The translations under genes and the position numbers were made by a program. The notes below the pieces were generated by a model that was not told where the DNA came from, searched no databases, and saw only the letters and a list, made by a program, of their open reading frames with translations. A stretch of 50,093 nucleotides of DNA, taken from a virus (Duplodnaviria > Caudoviricetes). The stretch is taken from the IMG/VR virus record IMGVR_UViG_3300020122_000466, positions 1-50,093 of that record. One strand, written 5' to 3'. Shown piece by piece: positions 45,438-50,093 of the stretch (its first letter is position 1; each line of letters opens with the position of its first letter).

Positions 45438-47536
45438 TGGACAAAGCTAAAGTTATTGATGCGCACCGCAAAGCGGTTGATCGACTCTGTCGTGGGCGGG
45501 AAGCGGTCCTTCGCAACGCGTATGAAAATGCATTGTTTTGGTTAGACGCCCAATGGATCAGATGGTCAGGGGCTGAACAAACCTTTCTGCGCGCCAATGT
45601 CGCTAAGGGCTCACCACGTCCTGTGGAGAACCTCTTTAAGCCCAAGCTGATGAAGGCCATCAGCAGGCTGAGCGCCACCGAGCCCTCCCTCACGTTCGCT
45701 CCCGGCAGCGAGAATGATGATGACCGGGTGACCGCTGATAACGGGCGCCTTGTCCTCAGGTACATTGAGGATGTGGTGCGCATGGATGCGCTCCGCAATA
45801 GCCTCGCCTATCAAACCGCCTTGTTTGGGAACGCCTGGCTCATCGGTGGCTATGACCCTGATGGTGGGCCCATGGTTGATGTGGGTGGGAAGCAGGAACC
45901 TCAGGGTGAAATTACCGCTGAGGTGGCCTCCATCTTTGAAGTGCTGTGTGATTACACCATCCCCCAAATGCGGCGCCAACCCGTGCTGATCTGGCGCAAG
46001 ATGAGGACCCTGGAATGGGCGTACGAACACTATCCGAGCAGCGAGACGGCAACCAGGCGCGAGGGGGACAGCAACTCAGCCTCTTCGGACCTCGGCTTGA
46101 CGATGATCCAGAACATTATCCGACTCCAGCCAACCTTATTCTCTGTGATTGGCTCAAGTGCCCAATATGCGCGGAGCGTAGTCGTCGACGATATGTATAT
46201 GCTTCCTTGTCGGGACTTCCCAGACGGCCTGCTAGCGAGAATAGTGAATGATGGTGAGGAGGTACTGGAAGCGAAACCGCTGCCCTTCCACGATGGCACC
46301 ACTGACCAAAAGGGGCGGGTATTCATCCCCGCCACTCACTTTGGGTATGATGAGGTCCCAGGGGCATTGCTGTGCACGACACCCGCCAACTCCCTCAAGG
46401 AACCCCAACGGCAGCGCAACCGCCTCATCGCGCACATCCTTCTCTATTTTGCCCGTACGGCCAACGGCGTTTGGGCTATTCCAGAGAATGCAGATGTGAG
46501 TACCATGAATGGTACCGAAGGGATTGTGATTCGGTTCACCGCGAACTCAACGGGAGGGGGCGAGCCGCGTAGGATTGAAGGAGGCAGCCTCCCCAACTCC
46601 TTCGCGGAGCGCTTGGTGCAGATTGAGAAGGTGATGGATGACATCATCACTGTGGGTGACTTGGCGGATAAGTTCCCTCGTGCGGACTCAGCGGTCTTCA
46701 TCAACACTGTTATAGAGCAGCAGCAACAGCAACTTGGTCCAGTATTCAAGCGTTGGGGAGAGAGCTGGGCACAGGCCGCTAAATCGCTTTTCTATATCTT
46801 CCGTAACTTTGCACCAGAGGAAGTCTATTATGCGATTAAGGGCGAGGAAGCCCGTTGGTCCTTCAAGAAGATTGCGCAAGCGGAGCTGCGGGGTGGCGTA
46901 GACATCCGTATAGAAGCAGGGTCCTTGATGCCCAAGACCCTCCTCCAACGCCGCGCGGCATACGAGCAGATGGCTTCGCTTCATATCGTGGACCTCACTG
47001 ATCCTGATGTGCAGCTCAAGTATGCCCGTGCCATCGGTGCGGTTGAGTTGATGGAAGGACTGGAAGCGGATGACAACCAAATCGCCCGCGAGCACGACGC
47101 CCTCATCGAGTGGGCGAAGCAGTTCTTCGACCTTGATACTGGACAGCTCCTCCCTGGAGTTGACCCTAATGATCCAGCCCTCACCCTCCCTATCCATGTT
47201 GACCCTGACTTCGACAATCAACAACTCCACATCCAGCGCCACCGGGAGTTCTGCTTAAGCGAGCAATTCCAAGCCCTCCCCCTGAGCGTGCAGGAAGCCT
47301 TCCGCACTTACCACTACCGCGTGCACGTCCAACTGGCCCAACAAGCTCAGCAAAATCAGATGATGCAGCAAGCCCAAGTGCAAGCCATGGCCAAGGGTGG
47401 CCCCCAAGGTGGGCCAGGCGGCCAGCCCAAAAATGGTCCCGTGAACCCCGAAAACCCTGCTGAAGGGGGTGGGCCCAGTGATGAGGGTAATGTGACCGAT
47501 AGGGCGGAGAAGCGCATGCATCGGAAGGTCGCATAG
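45437..47536 (+). CDS. Portal protein
   Basis: 699 aa after terminase; LKEPQRQRN, DIRIEAGS.MP, FDN..LHI..H, Gln/Pro/Gly tail typical of podophage-type portals. Confidence 0.88.
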   Translation: MDKAKVIDAHRKAVDRLCRGREAVLRNAYENALFWLDAQWIRWSGAEQTFLRANVAKGSPRPVENLFKPKLMKAISRLSATEPSLTFAPGSENDDDRVTADNGRLVLRYIEDVVRMDALRNSLAYQTALFGNAWLIGGYDPDGGPMVDVGGKQEPQGEITAEVASIFEVLCDYTIPQMRRQPVLIWRKMRTLEWAYEHYPSSETATRREGDSNSASSDLGLTMIQNIIRLQPTLFSVIGSSAQYARSVVVDDMYMLPCRDFPDGLLARIVNDGEEVLEAKPLPFHDGTTDQKGRVFIPATHFGYDEVPGALLCTTPANSLKEPQRQRNRLIAHILLYFARTANGVWAIPENADVSTMNGTEGIVIRFTANSTGGGEPRRIEGGSLPNSFAERLVQIEKVMDDIITVGDLADKFPRADSAVFINTVIEQQQQQLGPVFKRWGESWAQAAKSLFYIFRNFAPEEVYYAIKGEEARWSFKKIAQAELRGGVDIRIEAGSLMPKTLLQRRAAYEQMASLHIVDLTDPDVQLKYARAIGAVELMEGLEADDNQIAREHDALIEWAKQFFDLDTGQLLPGVDPNDPALTLPIHVDPDFDNQQLHIQRHREFCLSEQFQALPLSVQEAFRTYHYRVHVQLAQQAQQNQMMQQAQVQAMAKGGPQGGPGGQPKNGPVNPENPAEGGGPSDEGNVTDRAEKRMHRKVA

Positions 47537-47594
47537 CATTCTCTAAGGCAAACCCTTGCTGAACATCATTATATAGGAGTAAAGAGGACCAAGG

Positions 47595-47762
47595 ATGCCA
47601 GCCACTTCGGAAGCCCAGCGCCGCTTTATGGGTGCTGAACTGGCGCGCAAGCGTGCCGGCGAGAAAACTCAAACGGGCATGTCTGAAGATCAGCTCGCGG
47701 ACTTCGCCCGCAAACCCAAAGCTGGGGGCACCTTCGCCAAGCTCGCCTCCAAGGAGAAGTAG
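47595..47762 (+). CDS. DUF3008-like 55-aa protein (not in ORF track)
   Basis: MPATSEAQRRFMGAELARKRAGEKTQTGMSEDQLADFARKPKAGGTFAKLASKEK; GAGG RBS. Confidence 0.7.
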   Translation: MPATSEAQRRFMGAELARKRAGEKTQTGMSEDQLADFARKPKAGGTFAKLASKEK

Positions 47763-48119
47763 ATGGCTGGAAACAATCTGACCATTAGCCAAGCGCGCAC
47801 CGACCCGATTACGCACAACCCGGCCACTGTGCTCACCGTTGACCAAGTGACCGGGGGTGTGGTGACCGCTGGGACTGCGGGTAGCGTGCAAGCCCGCCAG
47901 ACTGCGAGCGCCCGCCATGAAATGTATGAAGACTCCGGCGGAGCTGGAGGAGAGACCAAGATCATCCTTGATCCTTTGGGTGTGACGGCGGTCATCGGTC
48001 GCGGGGACACCGATCTGGACATCACCTACATCCAACTGTTCAACGCGAATGGTACTCCCGTGTACATCTACCCCAATGGGGCGGGCACTGGGGTGATCGC
48101 GACCACGGTGAAGCCATGA
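47763..48119 (+). CDS. Putative virion protein
   Basis: 118 aa Thr/Gly-rich, ends YIYPNGAGTGVIATTVKP. Confidence 0.6.
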   Translation: MAGNNLTISQARTDPITHNPATVLTVDQVTGGVVTAGTAGSVQARQTASARHEMYEDSGGAGGETKIILDPLGVTAVIGRGDTDLDITYIQLFNANGTPVYIYPNGAGTGVIATTVKP

Positions 48120-48496
48120 AGTGGCTCAAGTTACTGGGTTTGGTGCTGGTGATGAGCGCGTTGTGGGGCGCACCCAGTGCGCTTGCCCAAACCCTCACGC
48201 CCACTCCCACTCTCTCACCAACTCCTACTGTGACTGCAACTCCCACGGTTACCCCGACCCTCACGCCAACGCCTACCGTTACCGCAACCCCTACTCCCAC
48301 GGTGAGTCCAACACCTCGCCCGGATGCAGGGAACAAGATCGTGGGTGTCCCCATCACCGCGTCCACCGCCAGTTTCTGCAATGGCACGACGGTGGGAATC
48401 TATGGTGGTGTCGATGGATGCATCTACTCGTGTAATGGCGCAAAACGCGGATTGGTGAGTTCAGGGGGTGGCACCTGCACCCTCCCGACTCCGTAG
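48116..48496 (+). CDS. Small exported Thr/Pro-repeat protein with four-Cys C-terminal domain
   Basis: Signal peptide ending PSALA, then about 44 aa TP repeat. Confidence 0.75.
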   Translation: MKWLKLLGLVLVMSALWGAPSALAQTLTPTPTLSPTPTVTATPTVTPTLTPTPTVTATPTPTVSPTPRPDAGNKIVGVPITASTASFCNGTTVGIYGGVDGCIYSCNGAKRGLVSSGGGTCTLPTP

Positions 48497-48520
48497 GGGC
48501 GGAGAACTGTGAAAGGGGAT

Positions 48521-48763
48521 ATGTCACCAGGACCTCGCTTCACCGACCTGATGTCTGGGTCGGGGGGTCCGCAAGCGCCCGCTGGGCCGGGCGACCCGAA
48601 CGCGGGCATGGGCATGTCCCCTCCACAGACCCCCAATATGCAAGCCGCCATGCAAGCTAATCTCACCAACCCTGTTCATGCCGCCAGGCAAGCCGCTGAT
48701 CTTAGCAAGCAGCGCTTGCTGGCCATGGCTCAGCAAATCCGCCAAGCGCGTGAGGCCCTTTAG
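48521..48763 (+). CDS. Small Gly/Pro/Gln/Met-rich protein
   Basis: AAAGGGG RBS; MSPGPRFTDLMSG start. Confidence 0.6.
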   Translation: MSPGPRFTDLMSGSGGPQAPAGPGDPNAGMGMSPPQTPNMQAAMQANLTNPVHAARQAADLSKQRLLAMAQQIRQAREAL

Positions 48764-48826
48764 TGTGGCTTAGTCCTACTACTAAATTTAGTCTGACTAG
48801 TAACAACCTAGTAGGTTGGGGGCGCA

Positions 48827-49273
48827 ATGCCCTCTAGCATCCTCACCCGCTTCACCATCAATGTGGCTGGGTCACCGCTGGTGTTTGGGCAGCCCTTTGC
48901 CACCCCCACCTTGACCTTAGAGGAGGATCCTAACCTTTACACTGTGCAACTCGCCGCCTCAGCAACGGCAACCTTGTGGGCTGGCGCCCCCTTAGTGACC
49001 ACCTTTGATACGTTTGCGGCCACCGCTGACCAAGATTGTGACCTAGAGTTTGTGGTGGATGGAGGCGCTGGCGATGAGCACCACTTCACCCTCTTCCTCA
49101 GAGGTGGAGGGTTCCCCCTGTTCCTGTGTGGAGATGACTCCTATGCGGGCCAGACGGGTACGCAGAATAGCTTCACCAGTGGCACCCTGAAAGCTATCAC
49201 CAAGATCAACGCAAAGAACCGTAACACTACTACCGTATGTAATATAACTATTCTCATAGGTAAGGCTGCATGA
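48827..49273 (+). CDS. Putative virion beta-sandwich protein
   Basis: 148 aa Thr-rich, all-beta pattern. Confidence 0.6.
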   Translation: MPSSILTRFTINVAGSPLVFGQPFATPTLTLEEDPNLYTVQLAASATATLWAGAPLVTTFDTFAATADQDCDLEFVVDGGAGDEHHFTLFLRGGGFPLFLCGDDSYAGQTGTQNSFTSGTLKAITKINAKNRNTTTVCNITILIGKAA

Positions 49274-49337
49274 GTCCGCAGAACTCATCGCTGCCTTCGA
49301 CTGCGTGGTCGGTAAACACGCTGAAGGAGACGGGTTC

Positions 49338-50093
49338 ATGAGTGACGAACGGGATGATGTAGAGCGCGCCCCCGAAACGGGGGATGCCAGTGGCAATGCT
49401 GGGGTTAGTGAACGCACTGAACAGGAGATTGAGACTGGTGCCACCGAAATGGTGGACACCGAAGGGGATGCCGACCTTCTCGATTCCCTTGCCGAGGTAG
49501 ACCCCAAGCGGGCGGTCGCCGGATTGAAGAAACGCTTAGCCAAGCTCACCTCGCAGCGGAATGCTGCTCGGGAAGCGCAGACTGAGCGGGATCAACTCAA
49601 ATCGAAACTTGCAGAGTATGAACGCCGGGATGCGGATGCTGCCCGTAAGCGAGAGGAAGCCAAGCGCCGGACTCCAGAGGGGCAGGAGGCGGAAGCCCGT
49701 AGGCGTGCAGTTCGTGACACGATCGACGAAACCTATGGCCCCGGCACCAGTGAGTTGCTCGAAGAGCAACGGGCTGAGCGGCGCTTAGCCAAAGAGAACT
49801 ACGCGCAGCAAGGGATCAGCCACCTCCGCTCTGAACTAGAGGATCATGGCATTCCCGTGACCCCTGAGACCCTGATTCGCTATGAGCGCGCTGTTGGAAG
49901 TGAGATGGCCGAAGACCCCAACTTGCTCGCAGCGTTCAGGCGCCCAGCGAGCCAAAAGGAAGCCATCCAAGAAGCCTTCAACCGGGTCCGAGATGGAGTC
50001 ATTAACCCGGTCCTCAAAACCCAAGGGGCCAAATCCCTGGCTCGCATTCAACGGAACAGAGAAGCGGTCCTCGGTGGTGGCCGTTCACAAGGA
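49338..50093 (+). CDS. Putative capsid scaffolding protein, N-terminal part (not in ORF track)
   Basis: GAAGGAG RBS; acidic N-terminus, GLKKRLAKLT and long coiled coil; 252 codons to the window end. Confidence 0.8.
   Translation, partial: MSDERDDVERAPETGDASGNAGVSERTEQEIETGATEMVDTEGDADLLDSLAEVDPKRAVAGLKKRLAKLTSQRNAAREAQTERDQLKSKLAEYERRDADAARKREEAKRRTPEGQEAEARRRAVRDTIDETYGPGTSELLEEQRAERRLAKENYAQQGISHLRSELEDHGIPVTPETLIRYERAVGSEMAEDPNLLAAFRRPASQKEAIQEAFNRVRDGVINPVLKTQGAKSLARIQRNREAVLGGGRSQG

Noticed and set aside
1-50093. Stop-codon reassignment as cause of the split genes
   Set aside because: Code 11 gives dense, coupled ORFs ending in all three stops, and the fragments are far apart rather than separated by single stops.
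1-50093. tRNA/rRNA genes, integrase, att sites
   Set aside because: None recognised by eye; intergenic gaps are short.

Overview
The window looks like a complete, circularly permuted ~50 kb tailed dsDNA phage genome: an acidic coiled-coil ORF starting at 49338 runs off the end and continues in frame at base 1 to TGA at 138. Late arm on the + strand (about 41.9 kb through the window end to 27.1 kb): terminase, HNH, portal, scaffold, major capsid, adaptor, a gp10-like tail hub, probable ejection proteins, a block of large signal-peptide-bearing Cys-rich and Thr/Pro-repeat proteins, and a lysis cassette with an M15 peptidase. Early/replication arm on the - strand (41.6 to 27.2 kb): Ocr-like protein, RHH regulator, PD-(D/E)XK nuclease, AAA ATPase, SSB-like protein, UDG/exonuclease/family A polymerase and a RepA-type helicase. 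I saw no tape measure, tail tube, integrase, CI repressor, primase, tRNA or CRISPR array, so it is probably a lytic podovirus-like phage. Three features stand out. (1) At least five small disordered late proteins share an N-terminal MA[TN]Fxx[LIV] motif resembling a capsid-targeting signal. (2) Fibre-like genes encode exported, mucin-like proteins. (3) Conserved genes (UDG-exo-polymerase and the gp10-like hub) appear split, sometimes mid-domain, with unrelated genes interleaved. All family assignments come from motifs read by eye; no database search was run.
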